A DNA stretch of 64,000 bases. Source: Podarcis liolepis (Eukaryota). The position numbers were made by a program, and so were the translations under genes. Location: assembly GCA_965112155.1 (NCBI GenBank), contig OZ218112.1; one strand, given 5' to 3'. Under the pieces are notes generated by a model. The model searched no databases. It was not told the origin of the DNA and worked only from the letters and a program-made list of their open reading frames with translations. This document shows, one piece after another, positions 22,838 through 36,189 of this stretch; within the stretch, counting starts at the first letter, position 1; every line of letters begins with the position of its first letter.

Positions 22838-24907
22838 GATCCAAGGTCACTCAGTGTGTTTCACGGCTGAGTGGGAATTTGAACCTTGGTCTTTCAGATC
22901 CTAATCCAATGCTCTAACCACTGCACCACCCTAGTTCTCCAGTAGCACTGTCTACTCTTCACTGACAAAGATTCTCCAGAGTCTGAGACTTTTCCCATCA
23001 CCTGTTACCTGAGATCCAGAGAAACTGAGAATTGAGCCTGGGATTGAGCATGATCTACCACTGAGCTATAGGTCTCCCTGATTAGTCTGATCCTGCAGGG
23101 GAGGTCATTTTATACATCTACATTAATCCCAGGACAAGGATGAACTGTTGCCTATTGGGCAACTAGCAGCTTGCTACCATCCCACCACCAAAAAACGAAA
23201 ACAAAACCCTCAGTGAACCTTTCCCATATTCAGGAGCCTGAATCCCTCCGTTGAAAATCACAAAAATAATAGCTGTGACCGTTTTCATCTTGAACTTAGT
23301 AAATATCCACACTTCTAAGCTGTCCACAGAAATGCATTGGAAGCCTTCTTCACAGGGTCCTTATGATGAAAAATTGGCTAACCCCTAGACCAGTGGGATA
23401 TAAATGAGGAACTGTTTTCAGAAATTGGCCACCTAGTACTGCTGGCATCAACAGTCTGTTTTCAGTTTCAGATCAAGTTAGAAACCAGCCCAAGGTCATT
23501 TGGAATCCTGGAGATTCTCTCTAGTTCTGCTTATGCCTTTTCAAGCAAGTGATAAGTTAACACTTTTTGCCAGCAGGTAAATCCTTTACAGGAGTGTTTT
23601 GCTGAGTGTAAATGGATCCCCTCTGCTAATGGCCCAGTCCATCACCTTGAACTGTACTGCTATCCCCTTTCATATTCATTTAAAAATAGGAAATGGTGAG
23701 TCTCAGGTGTGCTTGCAATGAATGCCCTTGCTGAACAGGCAGTGCTTTGAAATGCCATACCAAGAAGCATCCCCTCCCAGCAAGGAGGATTCTGAAATTA
23801 CGGTGAACATAGGTGGCATTTCAAGAAGCTAAGGTTTCCCCTCTAAAAATCATTTTATGAAGTCTGACTTCACCCAAAACATGGCATAGCCAGGCTTTTG
23901 AATATGCTCAGATTTTCCCCTTTCCTTTCAAGGTACTCAAGTAACGGGAGGGGCAGAGGGCATGAAAATTCAGGAAGATGTTATGCAGATGCAGCAACTT
24001 GTACTTCTCTGGCTCACCACATGGAGCAGCTACACACATATTGGAATGAACATAGGAAGTGGCCTTAAGACTCAGCCTAGTAGATCTAGCCCAGTATTGT
24101 CTAAACTCACAAGCAGCAGCTCTCCGTTATTACAGGCAGGGGTCTCTCCCATCCCTACCTGGTGATGCCGGGAATTTGACCAAGGACTTTCCATATACAA
24201 AGAATACAGGGCTCTACCACTGAGACCAAAGTAGATGTCCTTCGTCATCTGAGGGCCTTCAATCTGAGTCCTTGAAAGGCATGTCTTAGAAGATGAATAG
24301 GACAGAAATGCCTTCTTCAGACTTGCCTTTACATGAAGAAATTTAACTTGGTTATTTTTTAAAAAATGCATTCAGAAGCTGCTGCATATGATCCAATTGT
24401 TCCATCTTGCTCAGCATGGCCTACTCTGGATGCTGTGGCTCAAGCTTAAAAGGGTCTTTCCAGTCACCTTCTAGTTCAAATGCTTTTAACTGGAGATGCC
24501 AAGATGTGAAGACAGGGTGTCCTACATCCAAACCATAGGCACTATGACTGAGCTTTGAGAATGTAAGAAGAACCCTACTAGATCAAGCCCATTCCCCCAT
24601 TCTCTATAAAAGACCTCTTATAAAAGGGTCCATTTTAATTGCAGAGAGTTTCATTCTCCCCCATCTTTCAAAATCTTTTTTTTACTTCAGTCTATACTTT
24701 GACATAATTATCATGAAATAAATGCAGATTGTTAGTGGTTAACCAAATACATATTTTACAGTCTTCACCACCTTAATTCCGCTTATTTCTTGTAAAGCTT
24801 ATTTTCCTTGCACGTCTATATTCTTAGCTAACATTTTACTTTTATTCTAATTTACATAAAAGCCTGCCAGGTCCCCATATTGTTTTATCATTTCCAACAC
24901 CTTTGTT

Positions 24908-25063
24908 TAGAGTTACCATATGGCTGGAATTTCCAGGACATACCTGGAATACTGACCAGAATAATACAGATATATGGCAACCCCATGCCGGCTGTGTAGT
25001 TTTTGCTGATTTTCTTAAAACATAGTTCAAAAATGACTTTTTTGTGATTTTGTCAAAAAAGCT

Positions 25064-25116
<53 letters not shown>

Positions 25117-25156
25117 TGTTTCTAGATTTTCACTTTTTGAAATATGGCAACCCTAT
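24908..25156. mobile_element. MITE with tagggttgccata-type termini and internal (AT)n(AG)n
   Basis: tagagttaccata ... tatggcaacccta; the same terminus occurs at about 33325, 61440 and 62920. Confidence 0.6.
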
Positions 25157-25272
25157 ATTTGGTACATTTCCCCCTGGGTTCTCTAACATTGATACAACAT
25201 CATCTGCAAATGCAAATGCCTTCAGTTTATAACTTTATTGCCTCAATTGGATTCATTGTACCTCTTTATGCT

Positions 25273-25647
25273 TGTTGTGGAAGTGTGGGGATGATTAACA
25301 AAATCAATTCTTCTGGCAAACTGGGAATATCCCTTCACTCACCTACGTTGAGGATATTCCACACCTTTCTTCAGCAGAGTTTCTCTTTCTTTGAGAAAAA
25401 TAAGTGGCTCCCTTAAACTAAGTTTTAATAAAAAATAAAGCTACAACAAAATAACATGAGAGAAGCTAAATACAACATGAGGCAAGTCTGAGGCAAGAAA
25501 CAAGAGGCAGTTGGTTCCTCATAACTGACACTCTCAACTGAATACACCCTGAAGGGAAGGGCTAATTCTGGAGCAGAACACACAAGCCCTGCCCACCAGA
25601 TACCAAATATTCTACTGATCAAATTGGGCCCCAGTGTTTTTCTTACA
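25273..25647 (-). repeat. Copia 3' LTR
   Basis: Direct repeat of 30522-30903, roughly 10-15% divergent by eye. Confidence 0.92.
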
Positions 25648-27284
25648 ATCCCCTCTCCCTGAGCCTAATGGGAATTAATCAAATTTAATTTAGCACGTAA
25701 TTTTTCAAAACTTTCTTTAGACAAAGGCTTTGTTAAAATGTCAGCTGTCATTTATATTGTTGGACAATATTGCATTTCTATAAATCCCTTCTGGCTCAAA
25801 TCTCTTCTTGCATGACATTTTATGTCTATATGTTTGGTACATCAATTTATTTTCTCTGATTGCACCAATTTCAGGCAACTCTGATTGTCTTTCATAAGCT
25901 TAATGGGCTTAGAATCTGGCATTCCCAAATCCTCTAAAATTTGGTTAAGCCATTGTGCTTCTTTGCACACTTTTGCAGCAGAAACATACCCTGCTTTGTT
26001 GAAGAGTGAGCTACTGAACTTTGTTTATGACTTGCCTAACTTACAGCTTCATTCTCTGTCTCTAACCCAGTCTGCATCTGAGTATCCCACTAATTTGGGA
26101 TCCTTTGCAGCTGACAATTTTAATTTAAGATCAACCTTTCCCTTTAAATATCTTACTTTTCAATGCAGTCCAGTCTCTTTGGGTAGGTGAACTCACCTTT
26201 CTGCATAGTATACCCATTGCTGAGGCAATATCAAGCCTGCATGTAGTAGCTACAAATAATTTACCTATTACAGTTCTGCACAATTCATTATTACATAAAT
26301 ATTCACACTCAACCTCTCCGGAAAGAAAATTAGTACATTGGAGTTGACCCAGAATGTGCTTCTTTCAAACCGAAAAATTATATTGTCAATTATTTCCTGC
26401 CTTTGATTAAGAAGAAAACTACCATCTTCCTCCCTCTCTTCTTGCATGCCCAAAAAAATAAGATACGTTTCCTAGTCTTTTAATTTCTACAGTGGTACCT
26501 CTGGATGCGAACAGGATCCATTCTGGAGCCCCATTCGCATCCAGAAGAGAACACAACTCGCATCTGTGCATCTGGGTGTTGCTCTTAGTAGAAAAAGCCA
26601 GACGTTCAATTCTTGTATATTCTTGTTTGTTTTCAGTAACCAAAATTATATCATCTAAATATACAAGCAAAATAATTCTTTTTTCAATTCATTATCTTGT
26701 ATAGAGACATGGATCTACTTTACTTTCTAAAAAACCTCATTTTAAAAGCAGATTATTTAACTTTTCATTCCATGCTCTCTCAGCCTTTCTTAAACCATAC
26801 ATTCCCTTCCGCAGTTTACAAACCAGCCCTTCATCTCTTTCAAATATTTCTGGCTGAATCATATACAATTCCTCTTCAATTTCCCAATTTAAGAAAGCAG
26901 ACTTTACATCCAGTTGTTCAACACAAGTTGCTTGGATGCTGCAACACTAAGTAAAATTCTAATTGTACTATATTTGTATATTTGTAAAATTCTAATTGTA
27001 CTATATTTAACTACAGGCGTGAATGTCTCATCATAATCTTCAACATATTTTTGTGTCTATCCTTTGCTACTAGCCTTGCTTTATACTTTGTACATTTCCA
27101 TTCTCATTTAACTTTTCCTTAAACACCCATTTGCACCCTATAGCCTTTTTACCCTTTGGCAATTTAGTAAGTGTCCAAGTGTTGTTTTATTCAACGCTCA
27201 ATTTCTTCCTTGTCTGCTTCTATCAACTTATCAGCTTCTTCTGCAGGAAGTTTGTCAATTTCTTTCCATGTGTCAGGTTCACCA

Positions 27285-28224
27285 TTGTTGTTGTTGTTGT
27301 TTAGTCGTTTAGTCATGTCCGACTCTTCGTGACCCCATGGACCAGAGCACGCCAGGCACTTCTGTCTTCCACTGCCTCCCGCAGTTTGGTCAAACTCATG
27401 CTGGTAGCTTCAAGAACACTATCCAACCATCTTGTCCTTTGTCGTCCCCTTCTCCTTGTGCCCTCCATCTTTCCCAACATCAGGGTTTTTTCCAGGGAGT
27501 CTTCTCTTCTCATGAGGTGGCCAAAGTATTGGAGCCTCAGCTTCACGATCTGTCCTTCCAGTGAGCACTCAGGGCTGATTTCCTTCAGAATGGATACATT
27601 TGATCCTCTTGCAGTCCATGGGACTCTCAAGAGTCTCCTCCAGCACCATAATTCAAAAGCATCAATTCTTCGGCGATCAGCCTTCTTTATGGTCCAGCTC
27701 TCACTTCCATACATCACTACTGGAAAAACCATAGCTTTTACTATACGGACCTTTGTTGGCAATGTGATGTCTCTACTTTTTAAGATGCTGTCTAGGTTTG
27801 TCATTGCTTTTCTCCCAAGAAGCAGGCGTCTCTTAATTTCGTGGCTGCTGTCACCATCTGCAGTGATCATGGAGCCCAAGAAATTAAAATCTCTCACTGC
27901 CTCCATTTCTTCCCCTTCTATTTGCCAGGAGGTGATGGGACCAGTGGCCATGATCTTTGTTTTTTTGATGTTGAGCTTCAGGCCATATTTTGCGCTCTCC
28001 TCTTTCACCCTCAATAAAAGGTTCTTTAATTCCTCCTCACTTTCTGCCATCAAGGTTGTGTCATCTGCATATCTGAGGTTGTTGATATTTCTTCCGGTAA
28101 TCTTAATTCCGGCTAGGGAACTGTAGCTTCTTGTCCCACATAGAGATTTCTCAGGAGACAGATGAGGTGATCAGGCACTCCCATTTCTTTAAGAACTTGC
28201 CATAGTTTGCTGTGGTCAACACAG
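27285..28224 (-). mobile_element. BovB (RTE) LINE, 5'-truncated, inserted in the Copia pol region
   Basis: Intact ORF 27313-28053 preceded by NNLRYADDTT; ends LVHGVTKSRT plus (CAA)n tail. Confidence 0.97.
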
Positions 28225-28515
28225 GCACTGCTTTTGTGATGTATGATAGTTGCTCTGCTGGCACACCTTTGTTAACTCATGATGAGTGTCTGATTAAAGG
28301 TTCTAATTGTTCATCCATATCATCACACGCAGCTTCTTGTCCTGACTCTGTTTCCCCTGGTAAAGTACGGTATCTTACTTGGACTAGTTTTCTCTGTTCT
28401 TTCAACTTCTGTGATCAGTTTTACTGGAACCTCTTCAGTTACCAAATCAGCATTAGTCTGTTTCTCTTTAAAATTGTTCTGATTAGGAACACATGCACAA
28501 GATTGCTCTCCTTCT

Positions 28516-29079
28516 CTAAAATACACTACTCACTTTCACTTCTCCTGTCCTTGGATTAAGAATTATGTAACCTTTGCACCCCTTCTCAAAGCAGACAAAT
28601 ATTCCTAACTCAGTCCCGGTGCTAAGTTTGGTATGTCTTTGTGCTGGCACATATGCAAAAGCTTTTGTTCCAAAGACTCTAATGTGACTAATGTTCGGTA
28701 CTCTTCCAAACCAAAGTTCAAATGCTGCTTTATTTGCAGCTTTTGTTGGCAGTCTGTTCTGCATACATCTGACCATCTCCATCAGAGAGCAATTCTTTCT
28801 CTCTGCTATTCCACTTTGTTCTGGGGTAAATGGGGTAGTGTGCAAATGTTTAACATCACCGCTGTCTGAAAGTATTGCTTGTGGCTTCCTTCTGAATTGA
28901 TTTTTAACGCTTGCAACAAACATCTTCAATTTTTCTACAGTTTCTGATTTGTCCTTTAAAAGATAAGTTGTGTAGTATCTGGAATAATCGTCAATAAATG
29001 TTAAGATATACTTATTTTTCCCATGAGACATCGGTTGAATTGGACCAGATATATATATATCAGTATGAATAAGTTGCAA
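28516..29079 (-). pseudogene. Copia integrase core remnant
   Basis: LIHTD...YILTFIDDYSRY...TPFTPEQSGIAERKN...RVFG. Confidence 0.9.
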
Positions 29080-30061
29080 AGGCTCTGCTGAGCTTCTCTA
29101 GTTTTGCTTGGGGAAAGAAGGTATTGTTCTCCAGCAAACAACTTTCACATACTTCACTAATTCAGGTCAACTTTACAAGGTTTAATTTCCATTCCTCTCA
29201 CCAAACCTTTCTTTGGCAGGTCTGCAATAATCTTGAAGTTTCTATGTCCCAGCATTTTCTGCCATTGAGGAATACAGGTTGCACTTGAATTCTTTTTGAC
29301 CATATTCACCCTTTCTTGACCTATATCTAGCACAAAGATTCCATTCTTTTCAAAATATTGTGCATACAGAACTCCATCTTTGGTAATTGCACATCTGTTG
29401 TGATTAAAATTTCCATCAAAACCATGCTTGGTCAGAGTTGACACACTCAGCAAACTGTCTGTTAATTCTGGCAAGTAAACTACATCTCTCACTTCATTAC
29501 AAACAGTTTTTCTGCCTTCAACACACTTATCCGAACCTGCTCCTTTTCCTTGCACAGAAATTTTGCAACTGTAACTGTTTCTGATGCGTTTTCATTTAAC
29601 TCTCTGAAAAAATTAGCATCACACGTCATGTACAATGAAGATACTGAATCAATTAACCAACTAGAGGAGTTACTGTTAATAGCATCTGTTTTCCTATAAC
29701 CTGAGATTGCTAGATAGTTCTGATAGTACCACCCTGGAACCTATCTTTATTAGTGCCACTTTGTTTTGTACAATTCTGTGCAAAATGTCCCATTTTCTCA
29801 CATGAGAAACATCCGGTTGTTTCTTTTTTGTCTGCGCCTTGAAAAGCACTTTTATTTTTAAAATTATACTTACCAATCTTTTGTACAGCAAATACTTGCG
29901 TTTCACCCTCTCCTGCCTTTTCTGCTCTCCTAGCAGCCTCCTCTTTAAGTCTTGATACAACGTACTTTTATGCCAAGTTTATCTTTAGTCTCTAGTGCAT
30001 ATATCAAAGAATTGTAACTTTCAGGCAGACTTGCAGAATTAAAATCACTTTGTCCTCTTCT

Positions 30062-30481
30062 TCAAATTTCTTGCCTATAGTATTTAAATGATCCATCAAC
30101 TCTATCACTTGACTTTTCTAAATCTCCATTTTCTTTCAATTTAATACTAAACAGCTTTCTTGATAAATACAGTCTCTCATTCAGAGTGTTCCTCTCATAC
30201 AACTCTTTCAGACCTTGCCACAACTCCATGGCAATCTTAAAATTGCTTATGTGGTGTAAGTCACTCACATGAGTTGAACTGTCTGCCCTAGCATTTCTGT
30301 CCTGCTTTTCCCACTTCACTTTCTCTGCCTCTTCTGCTGGTGGAGATTTTTCAATTGTTTCCCACAAATCCTTCTTCACCACCTCATTCTCCATTCTAGA
30401 TTTCCATAAAGGATACTTACTTGAAGTGAGAACAGGCACAGCAGGCTCTAGGGCTTCCACAGCTTTTATATACGTGGCCAT
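30062..30481 (-). pseudogene. Copia gag N-terminal remnant
   Basis: LTSSKYPLWKSRM...KDLWETI...ELWQGLKELYE...LSRKLF. Confidence 0.85.
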
Positions 30482-30521
30482 AATTTCTTTTCTCTCTGCC
30501 AGACGGGGCCCATAACCCAAT

Positions 30522-30903
30522 TGTTGTGCAGCGGGGGATGATTAACAAAATCAATCCTCCTGGCAAACTGGGTATATCACCTCAGTCGTGCAATTTAGGA
30601 CATTCCACACCTTTCCTCAGCAGTTTCTTTCTCTTTGAGAAAAATAAGTCACTCATGTAAATGTAAACTAAGCTTTAGTAATAAAGAAAACTACAACAAA
30701 ATAACATGAAATGAGGAGCTAAATATAGCATGAGGCAAGTCTGAGGCAAGAAACAAGAAGAGGCAGTTTGTCCCTCATAACTGACACTCTCAACTGAACA
30801 CGCCCTGAAGAGAGGGGCTGATTCTGGAGCAAAGCACACAAGCCCCGCCCACCAGATACCAGGCACTCTACTATTCAAATTAGGCCCCAGTGTTTTTCTT
30901 ACA
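30522..30903 (-). repeat. Copia 5' LTR
   Basis: Direct repeat of 25273-25647; followed on the minus strand by the PBS. Confidence 0.92.
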
Positions 30904-32266
30904 ATTCTCTCTTATTCGTCTTGTCAATACATCTAATACCAACATAAACAACAATTGCGATAATGGGCAACCTTGTATTGCACCTTTCAAAACTGAACAC
31001 TTTTCAGTAAGATTATCATTTACTATAACATTTGCAAATTGTTCCAAATATATTGCCTTAATTCCTTTACTCAAATTCTCTCTAAACCCCATTACCTCTA
31101 TTAATTTCCCCACACACTGTCAGCTTGTGCATGGGCGCACAAAACAATGTGCTATATATCCAGTGCCCCTTGCACATAGTTTCACTGACACATTTCCTCC
31201 CCACCCCCAGTGTCTCTGCCAAAATCTGTTCTGGGGTGCCTCCAACCCTCCGGAATTCCATTATATTTATTTATATATTTGTAAACTATACTTTCATATG
31301 AAATATCACAAGGCAGTATGCAGTCAAAAAACACACTGTTACAATAAGTACACCAAACACACCAATACGAAATGGTTATCAAATAATCTCAGGTTTGAAA
31401 GGCCTATCTGAACAATATCATGTTAAGAAGATGACTAAGAAGAAGCAGGGATAGGCTCCGGCTGAACCTCTGTTGGCTAGGAGTTCCACAGGGCCAGCCA
31501 CGCAAAAGTCTTGGGTTCTGGTACAGGCCATCTGTACCTCAGGGGGCATGGGGGGACCAATTAAAGTGCCCCATTGGAAGACCTCCATCTGTTGCATCAG
31601 CAGAGCTGCAGTGTTTATAGTGACATAGAATTTATAGGGGTACTTCCCAGCCCCCCCACATCCTCTAGTTGCCCACCTAGAAGCAATCAGAACCTGAGTA
31701 ATAGATTTTGACTCCTCTCCACTTTGTCAGTTTGCCAGTCTAATAACTGTTATCCCCCAAGATTCTGGCAGAAGAAGACAGCTTCCCGACACAGATTTAA
31801 CAGTCAACTCACTTCAGTAAGATCTCGTATTTCTTAGGACTTCATTACATTTACAAAATACTTTACTTATTCATTTACTGGTTCACTGTGAATCAGTGTC
31901 ATCTGGCATTACAACAGCACTACAATGAAGTCATAAAACACAAACGTCTGCAGGCTCTTTTCAGGATCATACATTTTCTCAGGTGGGTGGGCCTCTTCTG
32001 TTGCTTCCTTGGAAAAGCAGAAGACGCATGCCATGATACTTGTCTGTGGAGCTATATCAGGAGGCAGCAGGAGCTGCCAATTTTTTGAGGCCATTGGGAA
32101 CATTTGGAATGTTGTGGAAGTGCTGTGGGTGCCAGTCACAAAGTGGCTGCTGTCGGGTACATAGCATAACACAGAATGACTGCCACATCTAAAAGGGGTT
32201 TTGAAAAAAGAGTGTAAACAATATTCTTCACCCTCACCAGCTATTCTTATCTACATTTCCAACTGC

Positions 32267-32606
32267 CAGGGGCGTCTTACCCATAGAGGATAGTGGCACG
32301 GGGCGCCAGGGCACCAAGTTCTGGAGGGTGCCAGGGAAGAGGCAGAGGCTGGACGCAGCACCTCCCGGCATCAGCTCGCTGCCCTCGCCCACCTCTGCCA
32401 TGCTGCGCCAAAGCAGTGCTGCGCCCAGAGCCTCTGCCTGCCATTGCCACCACGGCACGAAGTGGCCAGCTGAGCTGGGAAGAGCCGCGTCCAGCCTCTG
32501 CCTGCCTCCTCCAGCGCCGTCCTCCCTAAAACACTCTGGGAAATGGGGGGGGGGGTGTCGGAGGGAGCTTTGCACCACGGCGCTGGATATGCTTAAGATG
32601 GCCCTG
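32267..32606. mobile_element. Non-autonomous hAT element
   Basis: TIR caggggcgtctta/taagatggccctg; 8-bp TSD ccaactgc at 32259-32266 and 32607-32614. Confidence 0.9.
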
Positions 32607-35600
32607 CCAACTGCTACACTTTTTCAGAGAGAGACTCTCTTTGCACCTCCCCTGTTTCGAATACGTGTCCAATCCTGACACGTGGAGAAATGTGTACACT
32701 TTTTCTTTATATTACAATGACTGGTTCTTTATTTTCTGATTCATTTTCCAATGCTTTATTAGAAGGAACATCTGATGGGTTTTTTCCTGGCCCTTTTAAA
32801 ATAACCAAATAACCAAATAAATAAATAAATAAATAAATAAAAATATTATTAAAGATTTTCTTGGTTTACAAAAGTACATTCATTGTCTCTTTTTTAAGGT
32901 GTGTGTTTAATTTAGGAAAGGCTGAGACAATGGAAGCAGGAATTGAGCCAGAAGAGTGAACTGTTTCTCAGCCCAGGTCGGTTTTTGTCTGAGACCTTTC
33001 TCAGGTGCCAAAGGAGATATTGGTTGGCACATTGGCACATGTGCAGATGCCACATTGGTGACCTAGTTCATAACTACTAGTGATCTAAAATTCTCCAAGT
33101 GTTGTTGCTTGTGTAGCCCAAAGCATAGCTCTCCATGCTGCGAGTGGCATCAATGCCTGGCATCCTTGGGCAGATGCCAAGACTGTTCCCTGCCCATATT
33201 GTGGATTTGCCATGGATAGGTGGATGGATTTAACAGTGTAATGCCCTGACCTAGCATCACTTAGAGAGATTCTGGAGGGCAAACACATAGCTTGACAGAA
33301 CTGCCTAATGGTACTCATGAATGTCGGGTTGCCATATCTTAAAGAGCAAAAAAGAGGACAGCCTGAGCCAGGGAAAGAGGCATGTAGGCATGAGCGCACA
33401 GATCCACCACAGTTGTATCCATGTGCCTCTTTCCTTGATTCAGGCTAGCAGTGGTCAAAGCATACAGAGCACCCACAGCCATGCACCTCTTTCCTTCCTT
33501 GGGCTGGCAGCGGCTGGGGCTTGTGGAGCAGCCCAACCCCAACCCCAAAAGAAACCCCCAAATCCTGGACATTTCCAGAAGCAAGGTCAGGTAGGTCTCA
33601 GACCTTTGTAGGAAACACAAATTCTGACTCTCCTTCTTGCCAGATCCCTCTGGGTAATCCAACCAAACCCATAGCGATCTGTGTCTATATATAATCGGTA
33701 CAGGGAGCAGTAAACTTGGGGGTGCAGGGGGCTTTATTTGTAATTCAATGGACCAGTGGGTTTCTCCTATTCCTTTCCTTGATTATTCTTCTGGGGTTCT
33801 TCTCCTCTTAAATTCCAGTTCAGATAGGAGAATTTCTAAGATTAATTCCAGACTTGGCACATGCACGGTTTTCCATTCCACTGCATCATTCCCTCCTCAT
33901 TTACATACACCTACATTACTAGTTTGCTGAATAAAACACACACACACGGGTAATCACTCATCAAGATTCATTTTGTACAGTGTTTTAGTACAGGAGTGGG
34001 TAACCTGTCACCTTCAAGATGTTGCTAGATGTTGGTCTTCATCTCTGACCATTAATCATACTGGTTGGGGATGATGGGAGCTGGAGTCCAGCAGCTGGAC
34101 TGCCACAAGTTCCCCATTCCTGTTTTACTGATTCACATACCGAATAAAAAAATGTGTGCAAATGTTATCGATGCACATACCATCATGTTGCTTGATTTGG
34201 TAGGTGACATGTTTCATCAGTTGATGCAAGAAGATTGATACAGTAGTGGAGGGGTGTGTGGAATAAACCAGCACAAATGAATTGAAAGATGCAGCAAATT
34301 GGTCTCACATCAACATTATTTGACTACAGGTACCATCAGCCTAAGCCAGAATTGTAATTGGTCAGGAACTGTGGGACTTATAGTCCAGCAACATCAGGAG
34401 AACCACCAGTTCCCCAATGCAGCTGTAACAAATTTGTAGTTTTTTCATTTAAAAAAAAATGAAATGGAGGTTTGCTTAATGCATCATTTCCACTTTGGAA
34501 ACAAGTCTAGGTAATTCAAAACTCCACAACATCAGGAGAAACTGGGATCATTTTGGAAACATCCCTATCTATTTTAATCTTTGTGGTCTGCTCTCTGGAG
34601 AGCTTTCTACTAACCTATCACAATGTGTTAAGAACAGAGAGTATTGCAGAAAATTCATTTCTTGGATCTCTGGCCACTAGAGATTATTACAAATTTAATG
34701 GATGGCACTTAAGTGTTTAACTGTTGTACACTGTGCCCTTCATAAGCACAGAAACAGACTGTTCTTTTTCAACAGACAAGAATCTTGTCTCTTTCTCCCC
34801 ATCTCCACACCCTCCATTAGCTTCCAAGGTTCTGGGGAAGGTCAAACCATTACATCACCAATTGCACCTCAGTAGACATGATATGATCCCCAAACTCCAG
34901 GCCTGGTTTAAAACAGAAAGCCAGGCCAATAGGCATCCTTTAGAGAAAAATATAAGAGCTGGGAAAAGGAGAAAGAGAGGAACACGTGTTCTCCAACTGT
35001 TTGGTTTCTATAGTTGCTCTATTGTTACTATCTCCTCTCCTCCTCTTATATATAGCCAGTGCTGGTGCAGTAGTGACCTTGGGCCAGTGACTGCCTCCCA
35101 GATTGACCTACTTCATAGGGTTGTTGTGGGGATTGAATATGATGGGGGGGGAGAAAACAGTGTATGCTCCCTTGAGATCCTCAGAGAGGAAAGCTGGGCT
35201 GTTAATGCAATAAGTAATCATTATATATCTAATTGTCAACTATCCTGTTTCACCAACATACAGGTCTGTATTTATGCACAAATTAAATAAGCTTTAGTTC
35301 AGGACCTCGGATTGTGATGGGGCTCTAAATACAAAAGATGAAATGCTAATTTTCAAGATTTACATAAATGCTTTAAAATAAGGGAAAATAAAGACCCTAA
35401 ACCAAACATTATCATTCTGGTATCACAAAAAATGTATTAAGTGCTAAAGGATTATTTGATAGCCCGGTCCATTTACTGAATCACTTTGGCACAAACTGCT
35501 GGAAATCATATACCAATTTTGAAAAAAAGTAAAAATAATATACAAGTTTACCACCCCGTTTCCACTACTCTCACCTCCCACCTCTCTTCTCCTTAAATCC

Positions 35601-36189
35601 TATTCTAGATACAACATTGTCTTACACTGAAAATAACTAAGAGATTCTATGATCTGGGGGGGGGGGGGAGAAAAAAGACGTTGGAATGGAACAATGACTT
35701 GGAAGAACCACCACCATATAATATTCATTGCTGTCACCCAGCTATCTACTGGAAACACAACCTTAGTAATTCAGGAGACCCATAGGAAATGAATGAAGTC
35801 CCAGCTAGGGAAGAAATGATCTCAGTTTTGGTTTCTCTCACTTTCTCTTTGTGAAGGGAACTCAGCTGGCATGGCCAATCTGTGTATGGCTCCCCAGCTT
35901 GCCTGATGCACTGCAAAGACATTAGGAGAGAAGAGGAGCTGTTAAGGGATGCCACACGTCAGGAGGATGCAAAGAGTGTCCTGCTTAAAAAATTGTGTGT
36001 GGGAGTGCCTGGGTTTGGGCCCCAGTGAAAAATCCTCCCTCCCATGAGGGTTGGACCAGTTAAAAATCTATACATGGGATATAAAATAAATGTGTGGTCT
36101 CTTTCTAATGTTAATAATAAATACGATACTATTCATACCTGCTCAGAATATTTAGATCCCAATGACATATCAATAATGCCAGCTCACCA

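Larger units (their letters stand above)
25273..30903 (-). mobile_element. Full-length decayed Ty1/Copia LTR retrotransposon
   Basis: LTRs 25273-25647 and 30522-30903 (TG...CA); TSD atgct/attct; PBS 30506-30519; PPT next to 25648; order gag, CCHC knuckle (CFSCEKMGHFAQNC), protease (WLIDS), integrase, RT (LVYLDDII), RNase H. Confidence 0.95.
24590..31113 (-). mobile_element. L1 ORF2 RT fragment split by the Copia element and a MITE
   Basis: 30904-31113: KGAIQGCPLSQLLFMLVL; 25160-25270: YKLKAFAFADDVV; 24840-24900: QYGDLAGFYVN.NKSK; motifs collinear across the Copia insertion. Confidence 0.85.

Noticed and set aside
27329-28126. 265-aa plus-strand ORF
   Set aside because: Antisense shadow of the BovB ORF
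34724-35290. 188-aa ORF
   Set aside because: Non-ATG start, runs through a SINE, no domain or splice evidence
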